Below are positions 1-9,005 of a DNA stretch of 64,000 nucleotides, piece by piece. The notes beneath the pieces are model-generated. The model worked only from the letters and a program-made list of their open reading frames with translations, was not told the origin of the DNA and searched no databases. How positions within the stretch are numbered: the stretch's first letter is position 1; each line of letters starts with the position of its first letter. Source of the DNA: an uncultured delta proteobacterium (GTDB lineage: Bacteria > Myxococcota > UBA727 > VGSZ01); contig CAVZJB010000008.1 of the NCBI GenBank assembly GCA_963775425.1, forward strand, positions 96,001 through 160,000. Direction: 5' to 3'. The translations under genes and the position numbers were made by a program.

Positions 1-32
1 GCGCCGCGCCCCCACGCGCGGTCGGATCTCGC

Positions 33-62
33 TTGTCCCATTATTGACTCTCAGGTAAATAA
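33..62 (+). promoter_or_regulatory. Putative sigma70 promoter with overlapping TetR operator
   Basis: TTGTCC(33-38)-N17-TAAATA(56-61); imperfect palindrome TTATTgAC-N6-GTaAATAA at 41-62 in an AT-rich patch directly before tetR. Confidence 0.45.
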
Positions 63-661
63 TGGCCATGGGCCGCCCGCGCGCCTCCACCATCGACGTG
101 CAAACGCCGGAGCGGCTGCTGGCGGCGGCGGAGGAGGTGTTCGCGGCCGACGGCTTCGCGCGGGCGCGGCTCGCCGACATCGCCGGCCGCGCGGGCGTCA
201 CCCGGCCGGCGCTGCTGTACCACTTCGCCACCAAGCTCGCGCTCTACGAGGCCGTCGTGGCGCGCGCGTTCGCGTCGCTCGGGGAGATCGTGCACTCGGC
301 GATGTCTGCGGGCGGAGACTTCCACCAGCGCCTGCGCGCCGTCATCGACGGCTTCCTCGCGTACGTCTCCGTGCACCCGGCGTTGGCGCGCCTCGTGGTC
401 CGCGAGATCGTCGCGGACTCCCCCGGGCGCACGCTGGTCCTCGCCTTCGGCGCGCCCCTCGTCGACGACGTCGTCGCCTTCCTCGAGCACGAGGCCGCGC
501 CCACGGTGAAGGGCGTCCCGGTGCGCGCGGCCCTGATGATGGTGGTGGCGGACACCTTCCTGAAGACCGCCGCCGGCGACGTCCGCGCGGCGCTGTGGGG
601 CGACGGCGAGCACGCGTGGGCCGTCGCCTCCGCCCTCCTGCTCCCCGAGGTGCACCGATGA
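62..661 (+). CDS. TetR/AcrR family transcriptional regulator
   Basis: N-terminal HTH LLAAAEEVFAADGF..ARLADIAGRAGVTRPALLYHFATK; start may be ATG 68. Confidence 0.92.
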   Translation: MAMGRPRASTIDVQTPERLLAAAEEVFAADGFARARLADIAGRAGVTRPALLYHFATKLALYEAVVARAFASLGEIVHSAMSAGGDFHQRLRAVIDGFLAYVSVHPALARLVVREIVADSPGRTLVLAFGAPLVDDVVAFLEHEAAPTVKGVPVRAALMMVVADTFLKTAAGDVRAALWGDGEHAWAVASALLLPEVHR

Positions 662-1710
662 AGCGCTCGTTCCCCTATGTGCTCACGCTCGTCCTCCCGG
701 TCATCGCCGCGCTCGCCGTCTTCGGCCGCGGCGCCTTCCTCCTCGTGCCGCCGCTGTTCCTCTTCGTCGTCACGCCCGCGCTCGACGCGCTCCTCGGCAC
801 GCACACCGCGGACCTCGACGGCGACGCCGCCGCCTGGCGCGACGCGCGCTACGACGTGTGGTTGTGGCTCTGGCTCCCCGCGCAGCTCGTCATCCAGACC
901 GCGGCGCTCTTCTTCGGCGCGCGCAGCGCGTCGCCGCTCGAGGTGGCCGGGCTCGTGTTCGCCAGCGGCCTCCTCGGCGGCATCGGCATCAACGCGGCCC
1001 ACGAGCTCATGCATCGCAAGGGCGCCCCCGAGCGCGCCGCCGCGGAGCTGCTCTTGTACACCGTGTGCTACCCGCAGTTCGCCGTCGAGCACGTGCTCGG
1101 TCACCACAAGAACGTCGCCACGCCCGGGGACCCGGCCAGCGCGCAAAAGGGCGCCAACGTGTGGTGGTTCGTGCCGCGCTCCGTGCTCTTGTCGCTCGTG
1201 TCGGCGTGGCGCCTCGAGGGCGCGCGCGTCGCGAAGTGGCGCGCTGGCGCCGGCGGCGCCCCCGCCGGCTTGCGCGATCGTCGGCTGCGATACCCCCTGG
1301 TCCTCGGCGCGCTCGTGGCCGCCGTCGCCGTGGCCTTCGGCCCGCTCGGCGTCGTGGTCTTCGCGGGCCAGTCCCTGGTCGCTGTCGGCTTGCTCGAGAC
1401 CATCAACTACGTCGAGCACTACGGCCTCGCGCGCGCCGCCGTCGACGGCGGCTACGAGCGCGTCCGCCCGGCGCACTCGTGGAGCTCGGCGCACCGGCTC
1501 ACGTCCTATTACCTCCTGAACCTCCCGCGCCACGCCGACCACCACGAAAACGCGAGCCGCCCGTACTTCGCGCTCCGGCACGTCGCCGACGGGCCGCAGA
1601 TGCCCGCGGGCTACGCGACGATGATCCTGCTCGCCGCCGTGCCGCCGCTGTGGCGCACCGTGATGGACCCGCGCGTCGACGGGTGGGCGCTTCAGTCGCC
1701 GAGCCCGTAG
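658..1710 (+). CDS. alkB: Alkane 1-monooxygenase (AlkB-like membrane di-iron enzyme)
   Basis: His boxes HELMH, EHVLGHH, NYVEHYGL, LPRHADHH; TM helices; ATGA overlap with tetR. Confidence 0.88.
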   Translation: MKRSFPYVLTLVLPVIAALAVFGRGAFLLVPPLFLFVVTPALDALLGTHTADLDGDAAAWRDARYDVWLWLWLPAQLVIQTAALFFGARSASPLEVAGLVFASGLLGGIGINAAHELMHRKGAPERAAAELLLYTVCYPQFAVEHVLGHHKNVATPGDPASAQKGANVWWFVPRSVLLSLVSAWRLEGARVAKWRAGAGGAPAGLRDRRLRYPLVLGALVAAVAVAFGPLGVVVFAGQSLVAVGLLETINYVEHYGLARAAVDGGYERVRPAHSWSSAHRLTSYYLLNLPRHADHHENASRPYFALRHVADGPQMPAGYATMILLAAVPPLWRTVMDPRVDGWALQSPSP

Positions 1711-2597
1711 ACCGCGACCCACTTAAAGCGCACCGCGGCCTGGTTCACCCAGATGCCGACGCGGCCGGTGAGGCCGCCGTCGGAGACGCCGGTGTTGGCG
1801 TTGGTCCCCGGCAGGACGCAGGCGACCCCGTCCGGGGTGAGCGTCGCGCGGACGCGCACCTCGCTGTCGACGAAGCCGTCGATGGTGTCGCCGGCCGCGG
1901 TGTTGCCGTCGCCGCCGTTGTCGATGGTGAGCGCTTCGAGGGCGTTCGGCCCGGTCGCGACCACGCAAGCGCGCCCGCCGGTGCCCGCCGGCGTCATCGC
2001 CACGGTGACGCCGGCGTTCCCCGACGCTGCGCCGAACGCGCGGGCCACGAGGGCGGCCTCGACGGCGACGTTGCCGAGCTCGCCGAGGTCGTCGAGCAGG
2101 AGCTGGTCGTCTCTCGACGAAGCGACGCTGTGGTCGAGGGCGTCGGTGTCGACCGCGAATTGGTCACGCTCTCCGGTCCACGCGGCCGCCGGGGGGCCGT
2201 CGAGCTCGAAGGGGTCGAAGAAGAGCAGGACGTCGCCGGCGCCGTGGGGCCGCGGGTCGCAGGCGTCGCCGACGCCGTCGGGGGCGAGGCCGGCGGCGCT
2301 CTCCTGCTCGTCGGCCTGATCCGCGTTGGCGACGCCGGGGCAGTTGTCGCACCCGTCGAAGACGCCGTCGCCGTCCTCGTCGTGGCTGCCGCACGCGGGC
2401 TCTCCTTCCCCCTCTCCCTCACCCTCGCCTTCGCCTTCGCCCTCCCCTTCGGCGCCGGCGGCGCGGCAGGCGGCGGCGACACAGGCGAAGCCGTCGGGGC
2501 AGGGGTGGGCGTCGTTGCACTTGTGTCCGATGGGATCGACGTTCACGCAGCCGGCGGTCGCCACGAGGAGCACGGCGAGGGCGGGACACCGGCGCAT
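1692..2597 (-). CDS. Lipoprotein with Cys-rich module, poly-GE tract and thrombospondin type-3-like repeat
   Basis: Lipobox ATAG-C; (GE)n; DEDGDGVFDGCDNCPGVANADQAD..DGVGDACD. Confidence 0.8.
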   Translation of the reverse strand: MRRCPALAVLLVATAGCVNVDPIGHKCNDAHPCPDGFACVAAACRAAGAEGEGEGEGEGEGEGEGEPACGSHDEDGDGVFDGCDNCPGVANADQADEQESAAGLAPDGVGDACDPRPHGAGDVLLFFDPFELDGPPAAAWTGERDQFAVDTDALDHSVASSRDDQLLLDDLGELGNVAVEAALVARAFGAASGNAGVTVAMTPAGTGGRACVVATGPNALEALTIDNGGDGNTAAGDTIDGFVDSEVRVRATLTPDGVACVLPGTNANTGVSDGGLTGRVGIWVNQAAVRFKWVAVYGLGD

Positions 2598-2653
2598 CGT
2601 CGCATGTTAGCCCAGGCGACCCCGGTCCCGTTCCCAGTATCATCCTCGGGCCG

Positions 2654-4585
2654 ATGGCCGATCCACGCGACGACCCGACAGGTCACCACACCGGGCCCCA
2701 CTCGATCGTCCCGTACGCGCCGGAGCTCAAGCCCATCAAGGGAGAGGCGCGCCTCGGGCGCTACCAGTTGCTCGGCGTGCTCGGCCAGGGCGGCATGGCC
2801 GAGGTGTTCCTCGCGCAGCAGGACGGCCCCGCCGGCTTCAAAAAGACGGTGGTCATCAAGCGCATCCTGCCGCAGCTCGCGACCGACACGCGCTTCGTGG
2901 AGATGTTCCAGCGCGAAGCGCGCGTGGCGGCGTCGCTCAACCACACGAACATCGTCCAGGTCTTCGAGCTCGGCGAGGAGGACGGCCAGCCCTTCATCGT
3001 GATGGAGCACGTCGTCGGCAGCACCTTGCTGCGTCTGGCGCGCGCGTTCCGGTCGGTGGGTCGCAGCATGCCCGTCGAGCTCGCGCTGGCGGCCGTGAGC
3101 GACGCGGCGCTCGGGCTTCACTACGCCAACACCGTCGTGGGCGCCGACGGCGCGCCGCTCGGGCTCGTGCACAGGGACATCAGCCCCGACAACCTGATCG
3201 TGAACCGCGAGGCGGTGACCAAGATCCTCGACTTCGGCATCGCCAAGGGCTCCCGCGGCAGGGAGGCGACGTCGTCGGGCGACACCAAGGGGAAGATCCC
3301 GTACATGTCTCCGGAGCAGATCCGGGGCGAGCCGCTCGACGGCCGCTCCGACCTCTACTCCCTCGGCATCACGCTCTACTGGGCGCTGACGGGAAAGCGC
3401 CCCTTCCGCGGGAAGAATGAGTTCGAGCTGATGGAGCGCGTGTTGAAGGAGCGCGCCCCGCGGCCGAGCAGCGTCCACCCGCGCATCCCGCCCGCCATCG
3501 ACGAGCTCATCCTCGCGCTCATCGAGAAGGACCCGGACAAGCGCCCGCGCTCCGGTGACGACGTCCACGCGGCGCTGGTGCCGTTCGTCCCGCCGCGGCG
3601 GGAGATCGCGCCGGTGCTCCTCGACGCGCTCACGGACAACCTCGAGCGCACCCCGATGCCGGTCCCCGCGCCCGTCGCCCTGCCCGACGCGCCGAGCGAC
3701 GTGACCGTCGACGAGGGCTTCGACGAGGTCGACGACGACGACGTCGTCTCGCTGGCGGCGCCGAGCACCTCCACGGGCTCCGACCTGTGGGGCCGCACGG
3801 CGACCGTCGCCGCGCCGCTCGCCGCCGCCGCCGCCCGCCGCCGGTCGCGCGCCCTCGCGGTGGCCGCCGGCGCGCTCGCCCTGGTCGTCGTCGTCGTCAT
3901 CGCCGTCGCCGTGGCCTGGCCGTCCGGGCCCCCCTCGAGGGTCGCCGCCGCCCCCGACGACGGCGCGCCCGCCGGTGCCGCCGGGGGCGCCGCGCACGCG
4001 GCCGCGGCCGCCGCCACAGGCACCCACGCGCGCGACGACGGGCCCGCGGGCGCCGCGCACGACGACGCCGCGTCCGACGGCGACGCCCCCGCGAACGACG
4101 ACGGCGCGTCGGGCGACGACGGCGACGTGGCCGCCCAGCTCGCGCTCGCGCCGCTCACCGGTGACGACGAGCACAAGAAGAAGGCGCAGCACGCCCGCCC
4201 CGTGACGTTGGAGGTGCGGGCGCCGGCGCACATCGCGTGGATCGTGGGGGGCAGGGTGGTCGCGCGGGGCATCGGCTCGATCACGCTGCCGCCCGGGAAG
4301 CACGCGGTGCTCGCGCGCGACACCACGCGCGACGTCGACACGCTCGTCCCCGTCACCGGGCGGCGCATCGACTACCAGAAGCTACCGAGGGGAACCCTCG
4401 ACGTGCGCGTCTTCCCCACGGCGCAGATCTGGGCGGGGCGCGACCGCCTCGGCGAGGCGCCGCTCAAGATCAGCGTCGTCGCGGGGCGCTACAAGCTGCG
4501 CTTGAAGGACGGCGACGTCGAGGCCACCAAGGTCGTCGAGGTCGCCGGCGGCAAGGTCACCCCCGTGCGCGTCCGGCTTCGCTAG
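2654..4585 (+). CDS. Membrane Ser/Thr protein kinase with C-terminal PEGA-like domain
   Basis: LGQGGMAEV, VVIKRI, HRDISPDN, DFG, GKIPYMSPE; central TM helix. Confidence 0.92.
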   Translation: MADPRDDPTGHHTGPHSIVPYAPELKPIKGEARLGRYQLLGVLGQGGMAEVFLAQQDGPAGFKKTVVIKRILPQLATDTRFVEMFQREARVAASLNHTNIVQVFELGEEDGQPFIVMEHVVGSTLLRLARAFRSVGRSMPVELALAAVSDAALGLHYANTVVGADGAPLGLVHRDISPDNLIVNREAVTKILDFGIAKGSRGREATSSGDTKGKIPYMSPEQIRGEPLDGRSDLYSLGITLYWALTGKRPFRGKNEFELMERVLKERAPRPSSVHPRIPPAIDELILALIEKDPDKRPRSGDDVHAALVPFVPPRREIAPVLLDALTDNLERTPMPVPAPVALPDAPSDVTVDEGFDEVDDDDVVSLAAPSTSTGSDLWGRTATVAAPLAAAAARRRSRALAVAAGALALVVVVVIAVAVAWPSGPPSRVAAAPDDGAPAGAAGGAAHAAAAAATGTHARDDGPAGAAHDDAASDGDAPANDDGASGDDGDVAAQLALAPLTGDDEHKKKAQHARPVTLEVRAPAHIAWIVGGRVVARGIGSITLPPGKHAVLARDTTRDVDTLVPVTGRRIDYQKLPRGTLDVRVFPTAQIWAGRDRLGEAPLKISVVAGRYKLRLKDGDVEATKVVEVAGGKVTPVRVRLR

Positions 4586-5158
4586 CACGCCGGCGCCACT
4601 CGTCATGAGCCAGCCCGCGGCGGCGGCGCAGCCCGCGCTCGTCACGAACATCAGCGCCGCGCCGGCGAATTCCAGGTTGGCCGCGTCCGCCTCGCTCTGC
4701 GCTTGATCCACGAACAGCGACGGGTTGTGGCTCTTCTGCGCGGCGTCGACGCCGAGCACCGTCAGCGCGCCGCCCGCGAGCAGCGCGGCGAGCGATCCCG
4801 CCCCGAGGCCGACCGGCACGAGCGGCAACGCCGCCGCCGCCGGTTCTTCCGGCGCGGCCGCCTCGAACAGCGGCAGCAGCTTCGGCGGCGCGTCCGGCGG
4901 ATACGCGATCCCGGGCCAGAGCGCGCGCGCCTTCTTGAAGCCGTCGCGGGCCTTGTCCTCGTCGCCCAGGGCGCCTTGGCAGACGGCCGCCCACAACACC
5001 GCGCGCGCCTCCACCGCCGGCGGCTGGTCCGGCGCCGCCGCGGCCGCCTCGAAGGCCGTGAGCGCGTGCTCGTAGTCGAGGTCGCGAAAGCGCTGCATGC
5101 CCTCGTCGAAGCTCGACTGCGCGGCGGCGAACAACGCCAACGCGGCGATCCACATCAC
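4382..5158 (-). CDS. Secreted/membrane TPR-like protein
   Basis: Signal peptide, TPR-like helices, two C-terminal hydrophobic segments; 3' end overlaps the kinase antisense. Confidence 0.6.
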   Translation of the reverse strand: MMWIAALALFAAAQSSFDEGMQRFRDLDYEHALTAFEAAAAAPDQPPAVEARAVLWAAVCQGALGDEDKARDGFKKARALWPGIAYPPDAPPKLLPLFEAAAPEEPAAAALPLVPVGLGAGSLAALLAGGALTVLGVDAAQKSHNPSLFVDQAQSEADAANLEFAGAALMFVTSAGCAAAAGWLMTSGAGVLAKPDAHGGDLAAGDLDDLGGLDVAVLQAQLVAPRDDADLERRLAEAVAPRPDLRRGEDAHVEGSPR

Positions 5159-5226
5159 GCGAGCGTAGCAGGGACCGCGGCGCCTCGCGCGAAAGCTGCC
5201 GTCGCCGGGCTACGCTACTGCGCATC

Positions 5227-6582
5227 GTGCTCGCCGCCCTCGCTCTCGCCTCCGTCGTCGCCGTGGCTGCGCCCGAGCCGGTCGCGGTGGCGCCGTGGCA
5301 GAACCTCAACGACGACGCCGCGCTGCGCTGGCTCGAGCAAGGCGCCGCCGAGACCATGGCCGCCGACCTCAGGAGGAGCGGCATGCGCGTCGTCGAGCGC
5401 GCGCAGATCGCCCAGGCGCTGGCGCAGGTGGCGGCGCAGGCGAAGGGCGACGTCGCGCGCGCCGTCGCCGCCGGCCGCATCGCGGGCGCGAAGAGCATCG
5501 TGCTCGGCTCCTTTCAAAAGAGCGGCGCGCAGATCCGCCTCGTGGCGCGCGTCGTCGACGTCGAGAGCGGCGCCGTCGCCGAGGCCGCCAAGGCCACCGG
5601 CCCCATCGACGACATCTTCCGGCTGCAAGACCGCGTCGTCGCCGCCCTCGCCAAGCACCCGCCGCACAAGCGCAAGAGGGCGCCGAGCGTGAAGGCGTAC
5701 GAGAAGCTCTCGCTGTCGTTGACCGCCACGAGCGACGTCGACAAGCGCGCGCTCCTCGAGCAGTCTCTCGCGCTCGATCCCGGGTTCGTCTACGCGCGCG
5801 ACGCGCTGTCAGCGCTCGAAAAGCGGATGCGCGAGGCCGAAGACAACAGCGCCCCGGCGCTCGACGCGCGCGAGCAGCAGCTCCTCGCGCTCGTCGTCGA
5901 CGACAAGGGCGACGTCGCGCGCCGCACCCAGGCGGCGGCCGCGCTCCTCGAGACGCTCGAGGGCGCCCGGCACTTCCACGCGCTCTTGCGCGCGGCGGAG
6001 CAGGTGCTCGCGCAGAAGCTGCCGGCCGACGTCATCGACGACGTCAACGAGCGCGCTTCGGCGGCGCGGGTGCTCGCGCTCGCGCGGCTGATGCGCTCCG
6101 ACCTCGCGCTGCAGGCGGGCGAGCGGCACCTGGCGGCGTTCCCCGCGGGGGCGCGCAGGGCGCAGGTGGACAAGCTGATGCGCGAGATCATCGAGGTGCG
6201 CCGCAGCGAGCCCGCGCGGCGCAAGGACTACGACGACGAGCTCAAGGAGCTCGCCGCCGACAAGGCCGCGCACGAAGGCCCCGTCGACGCAGGCACGAGG
6301 CTGTCGTGGGACTTCAAGCCGTGCATTGCCGCCAAGTGGAGCAAGCTGCCCGCCGAGATGCTCGCGCAGTGCACCCGCTTCCTCGCGGCGCACGGCGAGG
6401 ACGCCGGCGACGACGCCCACGGCCACATCGTCAGCGCGCGCGCCTACGTGGCGTGGGCCCACGCCATGCGCGGCGAGCTCGCCGAGGCCAACGCCCTCGC
6501 GCGCGCGCTGGAGGCCGAGATCCCCGGGGCCCTCGACGACAGCGGCTTGCGCTCCGTGATGGCCCGCTGGTCCGCCGACTAG
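5227..6582 (+). CDS. CsgG/TolB-N-like domain protein with helical repeats
   Basis: Signal peptide; VAVAPWQN...RVVERAQI...IVLGSFQ..IRLVARVVDVESG. Confidence 0.7.
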   Translation: MLAALALASVVAVAAPEPVAVAPWQNLNDDAALRWLEQGAAETMAADLRRSGMRVVERAQIAQALAQVAAQAKGDVARAVAAGRIAGAKSIVLGSFQKSGAQIRLVARVVDVESGAVAEAAKATGPIDDIFRLQDRVVAALAKHPPHKRKRAPSVKAYEKLSLSLTATSDVDKRALLEQSLALDPGFVYARDALSALEKRMREAEDNSAPALDAREQQLLALVVDDKGDVARRTQAAAALLETLEGARHFHALLRAAEQVLAQKLPADVIDDVNERASAARVLALARLMRSDLALQAGERHLAAFPAGARRAQVDKLMREIIEVRRSEPARRKDYDDELKELAADKAAHEGPVDAGTRLSWDFKPCIAAKWSKLPAEMLAQCTRFLAAHGEDAGDDAHGHIVSARAYVAWAHAMRGELAEANALARALEAEIPGALDDSGLRSVMARWSAD

Positions 6583-6695
6583 CCACGCGACGCAGGCGGA
6601 CACACGCCGCGTCCCTCCGTGCCCTCGGTGCTGCGGTGATCCGTCCGACCGATTCGGCTTGAGGTCGCCGCGCGGGGTCGCCAAGCTCCGCGCCC

Positions 6696-7574
6696 ATGCG
6701 CGCCCCCCTCCTCTGCTGCGTCGCCGCCCTCGTGTGCGGCGCCTGCCCCACGCCCATCGCGCCGGCCGACGCGGGCCCGGGCGACGACGGCGGCGTGCGC
6801 CCCTGCGTCGACGACGAACAGTGCGGCGGCGGCTTCTGCCTGGCCGGCTTGTGCTCGGACGTCGAGTGCGTCTCCAAGGCCACCTGCTCCGCCGGCCTTG
6901 TCTGCCTCGAGGGCCGCTGCAGCACCCCGCCCGCGACCTGCGCGTCGTCGGAGGACTGCCCGGGCACCCTCGCGTGCGACGGCTTCAGCAACACCTGCTT
7001 CGACCCCAACCACCCCGGCGAGGGCGAGGGCGAGGGCGAAGGCGAGGGCGAAGGCGAAGGCGAGGGAGAGGGCGAAGGAGACGGCCCCCCGTTCGATCTG
7101 TCGGGCTACGTCGTGCAGAACCGCCAAAACGATCCCGTGCAGCAGGCGTCCGTGTTCCCCTCGGGCACCGTGCTGTTCGCGGGGCACGTCCTCGTCATCG
7201 GGAGGAACGCGAGCAAGGCGGACTTCGAGGCGTTTTGGGGCCCCCTGCCGCAAAACGTCCTCTACCTCGACGGCAACGCGGGCACCTCGGGCGTCCCGAT
7301 CGTCAACGGCGACGAGTCCTGGGCCATCGTCGACCCGAACGGCGCCGTCGTCGACGGCCCCACCATCACCGGGGACACGGCCACGAGCTACCAGCGGACG
7401 AGCGCGGGCGCCGCCGCGAGCGCCGGGAGCTGGTCGACGCAAGCGGACACGCAAGCCACCCCCGGCGTCACCGCCCTCGCCCCCGGCTCCGGCCTGCGCA
7501 TCTCCGAGTGGTCCGACGCGTCCGGCAACGGCAACTTCGTCTTCGAGTTCCTCGAGCTGTCCTGGTCGCCGTGA
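6696..7574 (+). CDS. Cys-rich lipoprotein with poly-GE linker and C-terminal beta domain
   Basis: Lipobox CGA-C; three CxxxxxCxxGxxCxxGxC-type repeats; (GE)n. Confidence 0.78.
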   Translation: MRAPLLCCVAALVCGACPTPIAPADAGPGDDGGVRPCVDDEQCGGGFCLAGLCSDVECVSKATCSAGLVCLEGRCSTPPATCASSEDCPGTLACDGFSNTCFDPNHPGEGEGEGEGEGEGEGEGEGEGDGPPFDLSGYVVQNRQNDPVQQASVFPSGTVLFAGHVLVIGRNASKADFEAFWGPLPQNVLYLDGNAGTSGVPIVNGDESWAIVDPNGAVVDGPTITGDTATSYQRTSAGAAASAGSWSTQADTQATPGVTALAPGSGLRISEWSDASGNGNFVFEFLELSWSP

Positions 7575-7663
7575 CGTCGCGCGGTACGGGGTCGGCCGTC
7601 CGCATGGGACAAGGCCGGCGGGTTCGCCGCATCGAGGGCCGGGTTTGCGTATGATCGCCGGGC

Positions 7664-8920
7664 ATGTCGGCCATCGATCCCCTTGAGGCCCTCATCGCGC
7701 TCGGCGTGATCACCCGTGAGCAGCTCGAGGAGAGCAAGCGCGTCGATCCCGACGTCGCCTCGACGAGCATCGGCCGGCTCATCGCCGCCGGCGCCGACGC
7801 CGGGGAGCTCATGCCGGCGTTGTCGTCGCTCACCGGCATCCCCGTGGCGACGCCGGCGCAGCTCGCCGCCGCCGCGCCGCTCGACGGGCTGCCGCCGGAG
7901 CTCATGAGCGCGCTCGGCGCGTTGCCCGCCGCTCCGCTGGGCCGCGGCGCCGACGGCGTCCTCGAGGTAGCCGTCGCCGAGCCGGGCGCGACCCAGGAGC
8001 TCGCGGCGCTTGGCGTGCAGCGCTTCCGCGCGTTCCTCGCGCTCGAGATCCACGTGCGCGACATCCTCGAGCGCGAGGCGCCGCCGCCGTCGCCGTCGGC
8101 GCCCGCGCCCGCCGCCGCGGCCCACGGCCCCTCACAGGCGCCGCCGCTGGTGCTCGAGCCGCCGGGCCCCGCCATCAGCATCATCCCGGCGGGCAAAGGG
8201 CCGCCCGGCGCCGAGCCGCCCGTCGCCGAGCCGCCCGGCGCCGAGCCGCCCGTCGCCGCGCCGCAGCCCGAGCCCATGGAGCGCGCCAAGCCGGTGCGCG
8301 AGAGGTACGCGCCGGGCGCGCGGCCGAAGTCCGTGGCGCCGCCGCCGCAGGCCACGCCCGAGCTGACGCCGGCGACGATGACTGCGACGCCCGCGCCGCG
8401 CGTGACGACGACGCCGGGGGCGAAGGCGCCGCCGCCCGCGTCGCCGGCGCCGCCGCTCACGCCGCCGAAGAAGTCGCGCGCGCCCCTCGTCATCGGCGCC
8501 GTCGCCATCGTCGCCGTCGCCGTCCTTGGCGTCGTCTTCGGGCCGCAACTGCGCTCGCCGCCGGCGGCCCCCGTCGACGAGCTGTCGGCGAAGCAGCAAA
8601 AGGAGCTCGCCGCGGCGAGGGCCGAGGCCGCGCGCGGCAACCCGACGAACGCCATCATCCACTGCGAAGCGGTCGTGGCCCTCGACCCCACCACGCCGCG
8701 CGCCCACGAGGCCCAGCTCCTCCACGCGGAGCAGCAGGTCGTCAACGGCGACAGGCTCAGGGGGATCGACGAGCTGAAGAAGCTGGTCGATCGCCTCGGC
8801 GCGACCGACCCCGTCCGCAAGAGAGCCCAGGAGTCGCTCGCCCGCCTACAGCCGCCGCCCATCGACGCGAGCGGCCACGCCCCAGACGCGGACGCCGCCG
8901 GCGATGCGGCGGCGCCCTGA
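7664..8920 (+). CDS. MshEN/GspE N-terminal-like domain protein with Pro-rich linker, TM helix and TPR-like C-terminus
   Basis: LIALGVITREQLEES and APLGRGADGVLEVAVAEP motifs. Confidence 0.65.
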   Translation: MSAIDPLEALIALGVITREQLEESKRVDPDVASTSIGRLIAAGADAGELMPALSSLTGIPVATPAQLAAAAPLDGLPPELMSALGALPAAPLGRGADGVLEVAVAEPGATQELAALGVQRFRAFLALEIHVRDILEREAPPPSPSAPAPAAAAHGPSQAPPLVLEPPGPAISIIPAGKGPPGAEPPVAEPPGAEPPVAAPQPEPMERAKPVRERYAPGARPKSVAPPPQATPELTPATMTATPAPRVTTTPGAKAPPPASPAPPLTPPKKSRAPLVIGAVAIVAVAVLGVVFGPQLRSPPAAPVDELSAKQQKELAAARAEAARGNPTNAIIHCEAVVALDPTTPRAHEAQLLHAEQQVVNGDRLRGIDELKKLVDRLGATDPVRKRAQESLARLQPPPIDASGHAPDADAAGDAAAP

Positions 8921-9005
8921 AGAAAGACGGGTGACGCCGCGCCCGGCGCCACGACGTCGTGCTTGACGACGACGTCGTGGCCCGCCGCGAGCGCCCCCGC
9001 CGCGC

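Noticed and set aside
8918-8940. Additional copy of the stop-codon end motif (TGAAGAAAGACGGGTGACGC)
   Set aside because: Needs gaps to align and lacks the AACGTGATCC part
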